64,000 bases of DNA from assembly GCA_965261445.1 (NCBI GenBank), contig CBDHCW010000011.1, forward strand, positions 967 through 64,966. Reading direction: 5' to 3'. Shown piece by piece: positions 22,743 to 32,922 of the stretch. Position numbers and translations under genes: made by a program. Under the pieces are notes generated by a model. It saw nothing but the letters and a program-made list of their open reading frames with translations. It had not been told where the DNA came from and made no database searches. Each line of letters begins with the position of its first letter. Position 1 is the stretch's first letter. Origin of the DNA: Dehalococcoidia bacterium (lineage in GTDB: Bacteria; Chloroflexota; Dehalococcoidia; Lucifugimonadales; QGNO01).

Positions 22743-24145
22743 TGCACAAGCTGGAACGTATCTTCAGTCCAAGAAGCGTTGCCGTTGTTGGCTCCAAGCA
22801 GGTGGACAACCACAACTGGCTGCGCACCGTGCTGCCATTCCAGGGTCCCAAGTACCACATCAACATAGACAAGAATGAATGGTCCAGCGCGGAAGAGCTG
22901 GGGTTCCCCAACTATGAAAGGCTGGTGGACGTCCCCGGGGACGTGGATTTCGTGATCATATCCGTGCCTGCGCAGGTGGTGCCCTACGTGATCAAGGACT
23001 GTATAGCCAAGGGCGTGGCCGGGGTGCATCTCTATACGGCGGGCTATGGCGAGCTAGGCACTGAGGATGGCCTTCACCGGGAGCGGGAGTTGCTCCAGCT
23101 TGCCCGCGACGGCGGGTTGAACGTAGTAGGCCCCAACTGCCTGGGCGTTTTCAATCCCAAGGCAGGCATAGGGGTGAACCTGGGCGGGTACCACGGTGAT
23201 GCCGGGAATTTTGCCTTCATCTCTCAGAGCGGTTCTCAGTCTGGGGGATTTGCCAGGGGATGTCTGGCCAACGGAATCAAAGTAAGCAAGCTGGTGAGCA
23301 TGGGCAACGGCATCATTCTGGACAGCACGGATTACCTGGAGTACTTTGCCCAGGACGAAGATACCACGGCGATAGGCATGTACTTGGAGGGAATCAGAGA
23401 CGGCAGGCGTTTCTATGAGGTCCTGCGCCAAGTATGCACCAAGAAGCCCGTCCTTGTCTGGAAAGTTGGAGAAACGGAGGATGCGGCACGGGCCGTAGCA
23501 TCCCACTCCACCTCCATGACAACGGAATCCGCGGTCTGGGATGCTATGCTCCGTCAGTGCGGCGCCATTAAGATGGAAAGCGTTGACGAGGTCTTCGAGA
23601 CGGCCAAGCTCCTCCTGCAACTGCCGCCGACCACCGGCGACAGGCTGGGGCTGCTGGCGTTGTCCGGCGGGCATGCCACTGAAATGACCAACGTCTTCTC
23701 CAAGGCTGGCTTCAGGGTGCCTTCGCTACAAGAGAGCTCCTATGAACGCATACTGGAAAAATTCGAGATTGTAGGAAGCACGTATCGCAATCCCATCGAG
23801 GGGCGCACGCTGAACAATCCCGATCACCTGAACAACGTCATGGACGTACTGAACGACGATCCGAACGTGGACATCATCGTCCATGAGGTACATACCGTTG
23901 TCAGAGACGGCGAGCCTTCACTATATAGAGGGCATGGCCCGGAGTTCCTGGCCGAGTTTCGCAAACGGGCCAAGAAGCCGTACGTAGCCGCCATCTCTAC
24001 GTCACATCCCCACCCGCCCCAAGAGGTAGCGGACGAGTTCTACAAGAGGCTCACGGGTGCCGGCATACCCGCTTTGCACGGACTGCAGGGCGCGGCGGCG
24101 GCGTTGCGGAAATTTGTCGACTATTACCAGTACCGAGAGGCTTAG
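22742..24145 (+). CDS. ADP-forming acyl-CoA synthetase alpha (CoA-binding) subunit
   Basis: PRSVAVVG, GPNCLG, SQSG, YLEG, ASH phospho-His region. Confidence 0.85.
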   Translation: MHKLERIFSPRSVAVVGSKQVDNHNWLRTVLPFQGPKYHINIDKNEWSSAEELGFPNYERLVDVPGDVDFVIISVPAQVVPYVIKDCIAKGVAGVHLYTAGYGELGTEDGLHRERELLQLARDGGLNVVGPNCLGVFNPKAGIGVNLGGYHGDAGNFAFISQSGSQSGGFARGCLANGIKVSKLVSMGNGIILDSTDYLEYFAQDEDTTAIGMYLEGIRDGRRFYEVLRQVCTKKPVLVWKVGETEDAARAVASHSTSMTTESAVWDAMLRQCGAIKMESVDEVFETAKLLLQLPPTTGDRLGLLALSGGHATEMTNVFSKAGFRVPSLQESSYERILEKFEIVGSTYRNPIEGRTLNNPDHLNNVMDVLNDDPNVDIIVHEVHTVVRDGEPSLYRGHGPEFLAEFRKRAKKPYVAAISTSHPHPPQEVADEFYKRLTGAGIPALHGLQGAAAALRKFVDYYQYREA

Positions 24146-24156
24146 CAGAAGGTATA

Positions 24157-25491
24157 GTGGCGGAGTCCTCTTCAGATTTACCGGCTGAAGTAGAAGCAAG
24201 GCCTGTTGGCCGTGTCCGCGGCTCTGTGGTCGCTTTCGAAGTAGCCAACTTTCGCATCCTATGGGCTGGCCGCGCCAGCTCCAACATGGCCCGGCAGATG
24301 CGTGTTTTCCTCCGTGCCTGGATGGTCTGGGAGATAACGGACTCTCCCTTCCTGTTGGGCTTTGTTACCTCCTCTCTGGCATGGCCTATGCTCTTCATGC
24401 CGTTTATCGGCGGCTTCCTGGCGGATAGGATGGACCGCCGTTTGCTGGTCAAAGTCACGGAGTCGCTCCTTGTAGTGCTCTGGGCCGCCGTGGCCGTTTT
24501 GATAATTGTGGATCTGGTCCAGTGGTGGCACTTCCTGATTTCATCCGTGCTTAGCGGCGTGATTCAGTCGATTGGACGGCCGGGTCATCAGGCGCTTTTG
24601 GGAAGCATCGTGGACAAACCGCGCCTCTCCAACGCCGCAGCATGGGACAATGTGGCCGACACCTGGCCCAGGATAGCCGGCCCGGCGTTGGGCGCTATAC
24701 TGGTAGGCGTTATAGGTGCGGGATGGGAAGGGATCCTCTTCGCATCAACGGCGGCAATGCAACTGTTCACCGCCGTAACGGTGTTTCTGCTGGACTGGGA
24801 CCCCCAGGAGCAGCGCGCCAGACAGCGAGGGTCCGGTGAAAGAGGCTCCTTTGCGGAGGGCTTCAAGTACGTCTGGAATGACAAGGTGCTCTTTGGCTTG
24901 ATCAGCATAGGCGTGACCTTCTCCGTGATTGGAGGCGCCGCCGGGTTCATGCTGCCCATTTTTGCCGATGCAATGCTGGGAGAGGGCGCTTCCGGGCTGG
25001 GGTATCTAATGACCGTTTCTACAGTGGGCGGCGCCGTTGGCGCGCTGACCGTTGTATCTCTTTCCAATTTTGGGCACAGGGGCTATCTGTTGCTGGCCGT
25101 GGCCGTGCTCAATACGGGTCTGCTCATAGCTTTTTCCAGGTCAGACGTTTTCATTCTAACTATGGTACTGGTCTTTGGCATGGGACTGGCCCAGGTGATG
25201 TTCCGCGCCATGCGCATAGTGGCTATGCAGGTGCTAGCCCCCGACGACCTGCGCGGCCGGGTGATGAGTTTCCAGACCACCATCCAAGGGATGAGCTGGA
25301 TAGGCGTTCTTCTGTTGGGAGGCATTGCGGAGATACTGAAGCGCCCAGGAGGTCTGGACCTTGGTTTCATGCAGCTGGGCGGTAGCATAGCCAGTGGAGT
25401 GGCCGATACCGTGCTGATAAGCGGTATAGCCTACGGAGTGGTTACTCTGATCTTCTTTGCCGCCTTCTCTTCGTTGAGAAGCTTTAGATAG
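24157..25491 (+). CDS. MFS transporter
   Basis: GGFLADRMDRR, PDDLRGR, about 12 TM segments. Confidence 0.88.
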   Translation: MAESSSDLPAEVEARPVGRVRGSVVAFEVANFRILWAGRASSNMARQMRVFLRAWMVWEITDSPFLLGFVTSSLAWPMLFMPFIGGFLADRMDRRLLVKVTESLLVVLWAAVAVLIIVDLVQWWHFLISSVLSGVIQSIGRPGHQALLGSIVDKPRLSNAAAWDNVADTWPRIAGPALGAILVGVIGAGWEGILFASTAAMQLFTAVTVFLLDWDPQEQRARQRGSGERGSFAEGFKYVWNDKVLFGLISIGVTFSVIGGAAGFMLPIFADAMLGEGASGLGYLMTVSTVGGAVGALTVVSLSNFGHRGYLLLAVAVLNTGLLIAFSRSDVFILTMVLVFGMGLAQVMFRAMRIVAMQVLAPDDLRGRVMSFQTTIQGMSWIGVLLLGGIAEILKRPGGLDLGFMQLGGSIASGVADTVLISGIAYGVVTLIFFAAFSSLRSFR

Positions 25492-25536
25492 CCCTCTGCC
25501 CTTGCTTTACTTGGACGCTTTTCCTACCATTCCACA

Positions 25537-26700
25537 ATGAACGCCAAATTCGAGCTTCATACGGTTGACGGCGCCGCTCGCGCCGGAGTTTTGCGTACGC
25601 CGCACGGCCCCGTGCCGACCCCGGTGTTCATGCCGGTGGCCACTCAAGGCTCGGTTAAAACGGTGACCCCCCAGGAGTTGCTTTGCCTGGATGCCGCTTT
25701 ACTCTTGGGCAATACCTACCACCTGTATCTGCACGGCATTGAAACCGTGCGCGATCTGGGAGGGTTGAGCCAGTTCATGGGCTGGAACGGCCCTACGCTC
25801 ACGGATAGCGGCGGGTTCCAAGCCTACAGCCTGAGCAGCCGTGCCAAGATCACCGACGACGGAATCGAATTCCGATCGCATATTGACGGCTCACGCCACA
25901 TGTTCACCCCCAGGCAGGTCATCGACTATCAAGAATGCCTGGGGGCGGACATAATCATGAGCTTGGACCAGTGTTTGGCCTATACCAATGACAAGGATGC
26001 GGTGCAGGATGCCATGGAGCGTACCCACCGCTGGGCGGAGATATGCCGTGAGGCGCATTCCAGGGATGACCAGGCGCTCTTTGGAATTGTGCAGGGAGGG
26101 ATGTTCGAGGATCTGAGAGAGGAGTCGGCCTCTTACCTAAAAGGACTGGATTTTTCGGGATATGCCATCGGTGGCCTGAGCGTGGGCGAGCCCAAGTCGA
26201 TAATGTACCCGCTCGTGGAGCATACTGCCGGGCTGCTGCCGGAGGACAAGCCGCGCTATCTCATGGGTGTGGGTTCGCCGGAGGACCTGGTGCATTGCGT
26301 AGCCAGGGGTGTGGACATGTTCGATTGCGCCCTGCCGACAAGGGTGGCGCGTAACGGGGCGCTCTTCACCAGGCGGGGAAGGCTGGATATACAATCTCCC
26401 GTGTTCCAGGGCATCAGAAGCCCCGTGGAGGATGGATGCGACTGCTACACCTGTACTCATTTCACCGCGGGTTATCTCAACCATCTGTTCAAGGCGAAAG
26501 AGCTCCTGGGCCTGCGATTGGCTACGATTCACAACTTGAGGTTTGTGATGAGGCTCATGGCCGATATGCGCGCGGCCATAGCCGGGGGCAGCTTTGATCT
26601 TTTTGCCAGGGAGTTCCTGGACGACTACCGGCCCGCGGACGAGGCGGCTCGTTTGGAGCAGAGCCGGAGATGGTTGACTTCGCGGAGTAGGGGAGGCTAG
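25537..26700 (+). CDS. tgt: tRNA-guanine transglycosylase
   Basis: TPVFMPV, TDSGGFQ, CDCYTC...H Zn site. Confidence 0.96.
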   Translation: MNAKFELHTVDGAARAGVLRTPHGPVPTPVFMPVATQGSVKTVTPQELLCLDAALLLGNTYHLYLHGIETVRDLGGLSQFMGWNGPTLTDSGGFQAYSLSSRAKITDDGIEFRSHIDGSRHMFTPRQVIDYQECLGADIIMSLDQCLAYTNDKDAVQDAMERTHRWAEICREAHSRDDQALFGIVQGGMFEDLREESASYLKGLDFSGYAIGGLSVGEPKSIMYPLVEHTAGLLPEDKPRYLMGVGSPEDLVHCVARGVDMFDCALPTRVARNGALFTRRGRLDIQSPVFQGIRSPVEDGCDCYTCTHFTAGYLNHLFKAKELLGLRLATIHNLRFVMRLMADMRAAIAGGSFDLFAREFLDDYRPADEAARLEQSRRWLTSRSRGG

Positions 26701-26978
26701 AAAGAGCCGCCGGCGACTGCCGGGACGATGCTCAACTCATCTCCCGAATTTATCTCTGTTTTCAGACCATCCAGGAAGCGGACGTCTTCACCGTTGAGGT
26801 AGACGTTGACAAAATAGCGGAGGTCACCCGACTCATCGCAAATGCGCTCTTTGATGCCTGGGTGCTTGGCATCCAGTGAGTCGATCGATTCGCCTACGCT
26901 TGTGGCCTCCACAGCTACCTGTGATTCGCCATTAGTCACGCGGCGCAGTGGCCCTGGTATTCGCACAGTGACGCTCAT
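26697..26978 (-). CDS. MoaD/ThiS/CysO-like ubiquitin-fold sulfur carrier ending GG-SF
   Basis: FVNVYLNGEDVRF...SIVPAVAGGSF. Confidence 0.88.
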   Translation of the reverse strand: MSVTVRIPGPLRRVTNGESQVAVEATSVGESIDSLDAKHPGIKERICDESGDLRYFVNVYLNGEDVRFLDGLKTEINSGDELSIVPAVAGGSF

Positions 26979-27044
26979 CCGCTAGTCCCTCCTAGGTATT
27001 GCAGCGTTGGACTTCAACTATTGTACGGCAGGTGAAGATGAAGT

Positions 27045-27287
27045 TCACCCTTCTATTACATCTCCGCCCACCGGGTCAACACGCACTCCCAGTCCGGTGA
27101 CCCACTCCAGGCTCCGCTCTATCTCTTCTTCTTCGCCGATAAGCTCCAGCACCACCCAACCCATCTCCTCGCGCACGTCCGCGCGGCGGATGTTGGTCAC
27201 AACGTGGAACTCCTGTCCCAGGTTGTGAATGACCGGTTCGGTAATCAGTACCGGGGGGAATGTGAACTTGACGCGCTTATTGGCCAT
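27045..27287 (-). CDS. Stand-alone NIL-domain protein
   Basis: EPVIHNLGQEFHVVTNIRRADV...GWVVLEL. Confidence 0.75.
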   Translation of the reverse strand: MANKRVKFTFPPVLITEPVIHNLGQEFHVVTNIRRADVREEMGWVVLELIGEEEEIERSLEWVTGLGVRVDPVGGDVIEG

Positions 27288-27301
27288 TAGAAAGCCTCCT
27301 G

Positions 27302-28535
27302 CTAATATGCCGGGCTAGCATGAAGAGCCTCTTCGAAGGCTTCCAGATTGGGCTTTGTAAGGACCGGTCTGACCATGTCCTCCACCGCTTCAATTGTCTT
27401 GAGCCCGTTTCCCGTGATATAGGCCACCGTGACCTCGTCGGGCTTGATCCTGCCTTGCTCCATTAGGCGCTTCAGCCCCGATATAACTACACCGCCGGCG
27501 GTCTCGGTGAAGATACCTTCCGTTTCGGCAAGGAGCTTGATTCCGTCGGCGATTTCGTCCTCCATTGCCATTACCGCCGAGCCTTCCGAAGCCTTGATTG
27601 TATCCAGCGCGAATACGCCGTCCGTGGGGTTGCCTATGGCCAGCGACTTGGCGATGGTGTTGGCCCGCACCGGTTTGACCTGCCGGGTGTTGTTGTCGTA
27701 AGCCTCTATGATTGGAGAGCACCCCCTCTGGCTGGGCCACGTGCATCCTTGTATTCACTTTGCCTATCAGGCCAAGATCCGACAACTCCTTGAGCCCCTT
27801 CCATATCTTGGTGAACATGGAACCGGAGGCGGCGGGCACCACCGCGTGGTCGGGAGCGCGCCAGTTGAGCTGCTCGGCGACTTCGTAAGCCAGGGTCTTG
27901 CTGCCCTCGGCGTAGAAAGGGCGGATGTTGATGTTGACGAACGCCCAGGGATAGTTGTCGCCTATTTCAGAGCAGAGGCGGTTGACCTCGTCGTAGGAGC
28001 CGTCCACGGCAATGAGGGTGGGGTTGTAGATGGCGGCGCCGACCACCTTGCCCCGCTCCAGGTTGGCGGGAATGAAAACGAACGCCTTCATCCCTGCCCG
28101 CGCCGCATGTGCAGCGACGCTGCAAGCAAGGTTGCCTGTGGAGGCGCAGGCCAGGATATCGAAGCCGAACTCGCGGGCTTTGGTTGCCGCTATGGTGACC
28201 ACCCTGTCCTTGAACGAGAACGTGGGGTTCACCGAGTCGTTCTTCACGTAGAGGTTTTCCAGGCCCAGCACTCTGCCCAGATTGTTGCATTTGACCAAGG
28301 GGGTGAACCCGGCTTCTATTTCAACCGCGTCTTCTATGTCGATTGGCAGAAGGTCGTGGTAGCGGAGCATGGAGACAGGACCGGAAGCTATGCGTTCCCT
28401 GCTTATCACCCTGGCGATGGCGTCATAGTCATAGACGACTTCAAGCGGGCCGAAGCAAAAGTCGCATACGTTCAACGGCTCTACGGGGTACTCCCGGCTG
28501 CAGGAGCGGCAGCGTAGAGCGGATACATAGGCCAA
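27302..28535 (-). CDS. Threonine synthase-like PLP enzyme with apparent +1 frameshift at 27722-27726
   Basis: CxxC...CxxC N-terminus, NPTFSFKDR, ASTGN; deleting one base of the G5 run gives QPEGCSPIIEAY and joins the ORFs. Confidence 0.88.
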
Positions 28536-28626
28536 TTTCAGGTTCTCCTGTTCCTAAACAAAGCAAGCCGCTCCACAAGAGCGACTGCTTGTACCTCCTG
28601 ATTTGCTGCGTAAACCACGCCTAACA

Positions 28627-28655
28627 ATGCTAGCAACAGCATCCGTGGGTGTCAA
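28627..28655 (-). promoter_or_regulatory. Sigma70-type promoter of the thrC-like operon
   Basis: Minus strand TTGACA-17 nt-TAGCAT. Confidence 0.6.
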
Positions 28656-28816
28656 GGAAATGTGCTCGTTCAGTACATCCCCTACACATGCCATATTCTG
28701 CTATATTTTATATTAGGGGCTAGTAGAACAGAAGGGAGTAACCGATGCCTGCGACCATTACTGCTAAAGAGCAGAACTTGGACAAGATATTTAGTGATGT
28801 CAGGTGGACCCCATCA

Positions 28817-29752
28817 TCAGGACAGCGGTGAGGCTAAAATAAGAGAGTCTACCGCTGGGGTGTCTCGTAAACCTTCATCCGATGGTAAGGCTCGTGGATG
28901 TTCCAGTAAACACCTTTGTGGGCTCACTGCTTGGAACACCTGACCCGGTGACCGATAGCCCAGGGCTTGATGGGGCCGCTCTTGGTTGTAGAAGGCCAGA
29001 TAAGCCCCAATCCCCTTTCTGGCCTCAGTCCCATTTTGGTATGCCTTCAGGTACACCTCCTCGTACTTGATGCTGCGCCACAGCCGTTCCACGAAGACGT
29101 TGTCCATACACCGGCCCCTGCCGTCCATGCTCACTTGAACGCCTTGCGCCAGCAGCATGCTGGTGAAGGCCTCGCTGGTGAACTGGCTGCCCTGGTCGGT
29201 GTTGAAGATCTGTGGCCGACCCTTGCTCAGGGCCTCTTCCAGAGCCGCAACACAGAAGTCTACCTCCAGGGTGTTGGACAGCCGCCAAGCCAGCACGTAG
29301 CGGCTGTGCCAGTCCATGATGGCCACCAAGTAGAGGAAACCCCGAGCCATGGGTATGTAGGTGATGTCGGTGGCCCACACCTGGTTGACCCGGTTGATCT
29401 CCAGCCCCCTGAGCAAGTACGGATAGACCTTATGCCCTGGGTTTGGCTTGCTGGTGTTGGGACGCCGGTAGATGGCCTCCAGGCCTATCAGCTGCATCAG
29501 CCGGCGGACCCGCTTGCGGTTGACCTGGTGTCCGTGATTTCTGAGCCAGGCAGTCATCCTTCTGGAGCCGTAGAAAGGTGTCTTCAGGTACTGTTGATCT
29601 ATGCGGGCCATCAACTCCAAGTCCTCGGCGCCGGCCTCGGTTGGCAGGTAGTACAACGAGGAGCGGCTGATACCCAGCAAGGCGCACTGGCGCACCAGAG
29701 ACAGCTTCGGTTCTTCTCGGTCAATCATGGCCCGGCGTTGGGACCGGCTCAC
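28817..29752 (-). CDS. IS3 transposase OrfB (DDE)
   Basis: [31 protein letters not shown]. Confidence 0.95.
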   Translation of the reverse strand: MSRSQRRAMIDREEPKLSLVRQCALLGISRSSLYYLPTEAGAEDLELMARIDQQYLKTPFYGSRRMTAWLRNHGHQVNRKRVRRLMQLIGLEAIYRRPNTSKPNPGHKVYPYLLRGLEINRVNQVWATDITYIPMARGFLYLVAIMDWHSRYVLAWRLSNTLEVDFCVAALEEALSKGRPQIFNTDQGSQFTSEAFTSMLLAQGVQVSMDGRGRCMDNVFVERLWRSIKYEEVYLKAYQNGTEARKGIGAYLAFYNQERPHQALGYRSPGQVFQAVSPQRCLLEHPRALPSDEGLRDTPAVDSLILASPLS

Positions 29753-30033
29753 AACCCGAAGCTCCGTGACAAAAAATCCCGTTCCACCTTGAGCTGCCCA
29801 ATCTGTTGGTAGAGCTGGGCAGTGAGGACCTCTTGGTCCTTCTCCTGGCGTCCAGCACCATTTTCAAAGAGGTGCGGCGCCCCCTGAATCAAGGCCTTCT
29901 TCCAGGCATGGATCTGGCTCGGGTGGACTTCAAACCGGCTGGCCAGCTCTGCAATGGTGTGCTCCCCCTGGAGCGCGGCCAAAGCCACTTTGGCCTTGAA
30001 GACTGGGCTGTGCTTCTTACGTGTTTGCTTCAT
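29749..30033 (-). CDS. IS3 transposase OrfA (HTH)
   Basis: FKAKVAL...[18 protein letters not shown]. Confidence 0.93.
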   Translation of the reverse strand: MKQTRKKHSPVFKAKVALAALQGEHTIAELASRFEVHPSQIHAWKKALIQGAPHLFENGAGRQEKDQEVLTAQLYQQIGQLKVERDFLSRSFGL

Positions 30034-31799
30034 GTCCTGCTCCTTGTTTCCGTCCTATTTTAGGAGCGGGACTCTCTCTTAGCCACCTGTCCGAATTTTG
30101 GGGTCCACCTCAATGACTACGTTTTTAACGTCCCTTTGTACCAAAGGCCCTATGCTTGGACGACCGAACAGGTGGATGAACTTCTTGATGACCTCACTGA
30201 TGCGATGAAGAGGGACAGTGAGCCATACTTCCTGGGAAGTGTTGTGCTCATAAAAAGCGACGGCGATGCAAAAAGCGAGGTGGTTGATGGGCAGCAGAGG
30301 CTGACAACGCTTACCATGCTTCTCTGTGCTCTACGTGACCTCTCCGACGACCCCAAAATTGTACAAGAATTGGACAAGCGAGTTTGGGAAATTGGAGACT
30401 CACTCAGCGGTAATGAGGATAGGTCCCGTCTGAGTCTAAGAGAACGTGATAGGAACTTCTTTCAGCAACACGTTCAGAAGGCTAATAGTCTTGATCATTT
30501 CCTAAAGCGCGACCCCGTGAGTTTTTCGGACAGTCAGAAGCGAATATTCGAAAATGTAAAGTATCTTCGGCGGGAACTCCTGAAACACAATGAGCAACTA
30601 AGACACCAACTTGCCAAGTACATAATTAGGAACTGCTATATTGTCGTTGTTTCAGCATCTGACGTAGATTCAGCATACCGCATCTTCTCGGTGATGAATG
30701 ACCGAGGCATGCCTCTATCACCTACAGACATCTTGAAAGCAAACATAATTGGCAAGATGCCGCCTGACTCGCGAGACGAATACACTGAACGATGGGAGGT
30801 AATAGAGGAGGAACTCGGGCGGGATGATTTTAGAGATCTGTTTGCGCATATACGTACCATTTATCGGAAGGACAAGCTGAGGGGCTCTTTGCAAAAGGAG
30901 TTCCAAGACTACGTACTTGGTGGCCTGAGCCCCAAGCAGTTCATAGATGATGTGCTTGAACCCTACGGCGATGTATACGCAACTGTGTCTATGGCATCTT
31001 ACAAAAGCACCGAGGGCGCTGAGAAACTAAACTCGCTTTTGAAGCACCTTGGCAGGCTTGACAACTTTGATTGGATACCTCCGGCAATGTCCTGGTTCCA
31101 TCGTCGTGAAGGACAAACGGACAGTCTTTTCAAATTCACACTTGACTTGGAACGGCTGGCATACGGCTTGTTCATCCTAAGGGCGAATCTCAATGAACGC
31201 ATAAGTCGGTATAGAGATGTCCTTAACGCCATTGAGACAGAAGCAGACTTGTTTGCTGAGAACAGCCCCCTACAACTCCAATCTAAGGAAAAAGAGAAAA
31301 TGCTGGATGCGCTAAATAGTAACATCTATGAGTTACCCCGCGTTCCTATGCCATTGCTGCTGCGGCTAGATAGTCTACTTGCTGAGGAAGGAGTCATCGC
31401 TGAGCCTTCGATAATCAGTATCGAACACGTTCTTCCACAGAGTCCGACGGACACATGGATAGAATGGTTCCCGGATGCCGAGAAGAGAGAGGGATGGACG
31501 CACAGGCTAGCCAACCTCGTATTGCTGTCTCGTCGCAAGAATACGCGGGCGTCAAACTGGGACTTCAAGCGTAAGAAGGAGGAATATTTCCAGAAAGACG
31601 GTGTTACGACCTTCGCCCTGACCACGCAGGTGGTGAATGAATCGGAGTGGACGCCTGAGGTCTTGGAGTGCCGCCAAGAACGCTTAATCGATGCGCTAAA
31701 GAAAGAGTGGCGGCTGGGCTGAAGACAACGGCATCCTCAGCAATGGCTGCCGTCTACCATCTACCGCCTCTACTCCGCTCCGGGTGACCCCATACCGAC

Positions 31800-32002
31800 A
31801 CCACCCACTTCCCAACCAACCCTCATCACCGCTAACATTCCTCCATGATCACGTCAACCAAACCCATCACCCCTCCGGCAAGCATGCCCCAATCTGTTAC
31901 GAAAACCGCACACACTTCTGCGATATTCGGATTTGTTTCCCATATTTCCATAAAAGTTGGTTCGTTCTAGCTTTGGAAGTTGACATAACGTCTGAAACAA
32001 TT
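31800..32002 (+). repeat. Dispersed non-coding element, copy A
   Basis: Core at 31926-32002 closely matches the reverse complement of about 46110-46185. Confidence 0.75.
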
Positions 32003-32064
32003 CCTCGCCCCATGAGCGGCAAGTCGAAAAAGGGGTGTGAGGCCCAACCGTTTGGAGCTGCCGT

Positions 32065-32922
32065 CTACCCCTCCTCCGGCGCGTTGATGGCGTCTCCATG
32101 CAGCCCCAGCGGAGCGTCCAGAGTCGTGGGGAGCGCCTCTAGCTCCGGGTTGCTCAGCACCGCCTCGATGCACTCTTGGCTCCCGCCGACGTAGGTGTCG
32201 TACAGGTCGATGTCCGTTGCCACGCACCACGCTCGGTCTTCAGGCCACCAGATGTTCGGCGACTCCCTCCAGAAAGGCCCGTCTCCGGCAAGGAAAGCCA
32301 TTATGGAGTCGATGGGGCCGCTGAACAGCAGGTAATCGCGCCCCGGAGCTCTCACCCGGGAACCGGCCTTGTATAGGCGGGTGTCTATGTTGCCGTACCC
32401 TTCCCAGAGGCAGAAGCAGCCGCTGCCGGGGGTTGAGGTGAAGCCCTTGAGTACCCCGACCAGCGTACGGCACTCCCTTTCTGGGATCGACCCCATCTGT
32501 GGATGAGAACCCCACGGCGGGTCTTTGTACGTGTCGTGCAGGTCTTCGCTGAGACCGGCAATGCGCGTGAACTGCATGAGGGGATGGACGGTTCGTCCCG
32601 TCCACGAGGCCACCGTGGACCATGGCACCGGCTGCTCCTCATCGTCGGCAAGGTAGGCGGGATGAAACAGGCGGGCGTATGCCGGAAAGCCGCCGGGCAG
32701 CAGGGCGCGCACCGTCCCAAAGTCGGATAGGCTCTCCTCCACCCACCTGGCGCCCGATACGTCCTCTGAGAACGCCAGGCCGTCCGGCGCCAGCTTGGTC
32801 TGGCGGATGGGTATGCCTCCTCTAGTGGAGAGCATCGCCATACTGGACATACCGGCTCGGCCCCTTCCCAGTACCGAGCGAAGCCTTTGGATCCATGATT
32901 GTGGAATGTAATTCTTCCTCAT
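32065..32922 (-). CDS. Hypothetical protein
   Basis: GFPAYARLFHP and SPNIWWPEDRAWCVATDID look like a conserved family; start probably further downstream. Confidence 0.7.
   Translation of the reverse strand: MRKNYIPQSWIQRLRSVLGRGRAGMSSMAMLSTRGGIPIRQTKLAPDGLAFSEDVSGARWVEESLSDFGTVRALLPGGFPAYARLFHPAYLADDEEQPVPWSTVASWTGRTVHPLMQFTRIAGLSEDLHDTYKDPPWGSHPQMGSIPERECRTLVGVLKGFTSTPGSGCFCLWEGYGNIDTRLYKAGSRVRAPGRDYLLFSGPIDSIMAFLAGDGPFWRESPNIWWPEDRAWCVATDIDLYDTYVGGSQECIEAVLSNPELEALPTTLDAPLGLHGDAINAPEEG

Larger units (their letters stand above)
28800..30112 (-). mobile_element. IS3-family insertion sequence, copy 1 (1313 bp)
   Basis: Imperfect terminal IRs T(G/C)AGGTGGACCCC...GGACAG; 3-bp target duplication ATG at 28797-28799 and 30113-30115. 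Confidence 0.95.
28745..31722 (+). pseudogene. GmrSD/SspE-like DUF262+DUF1524 defence gene interrupted by IS3
   Basis: Removing the IS and one ATG restores MPATITAKEQNLDKIFSDDYVFNVPLYQRPYAW; DGQQRLTT, NDRG, IEHVLPQ...LANLVLL. Confidence 0.88.

Noticed and set aside
31784-32194. ORFs spanning the repeated non-coding element (also 46130-46426)
   Set aside because: An indel and a stop break shared coding within the core; no SD; conservation is at nucleotide level
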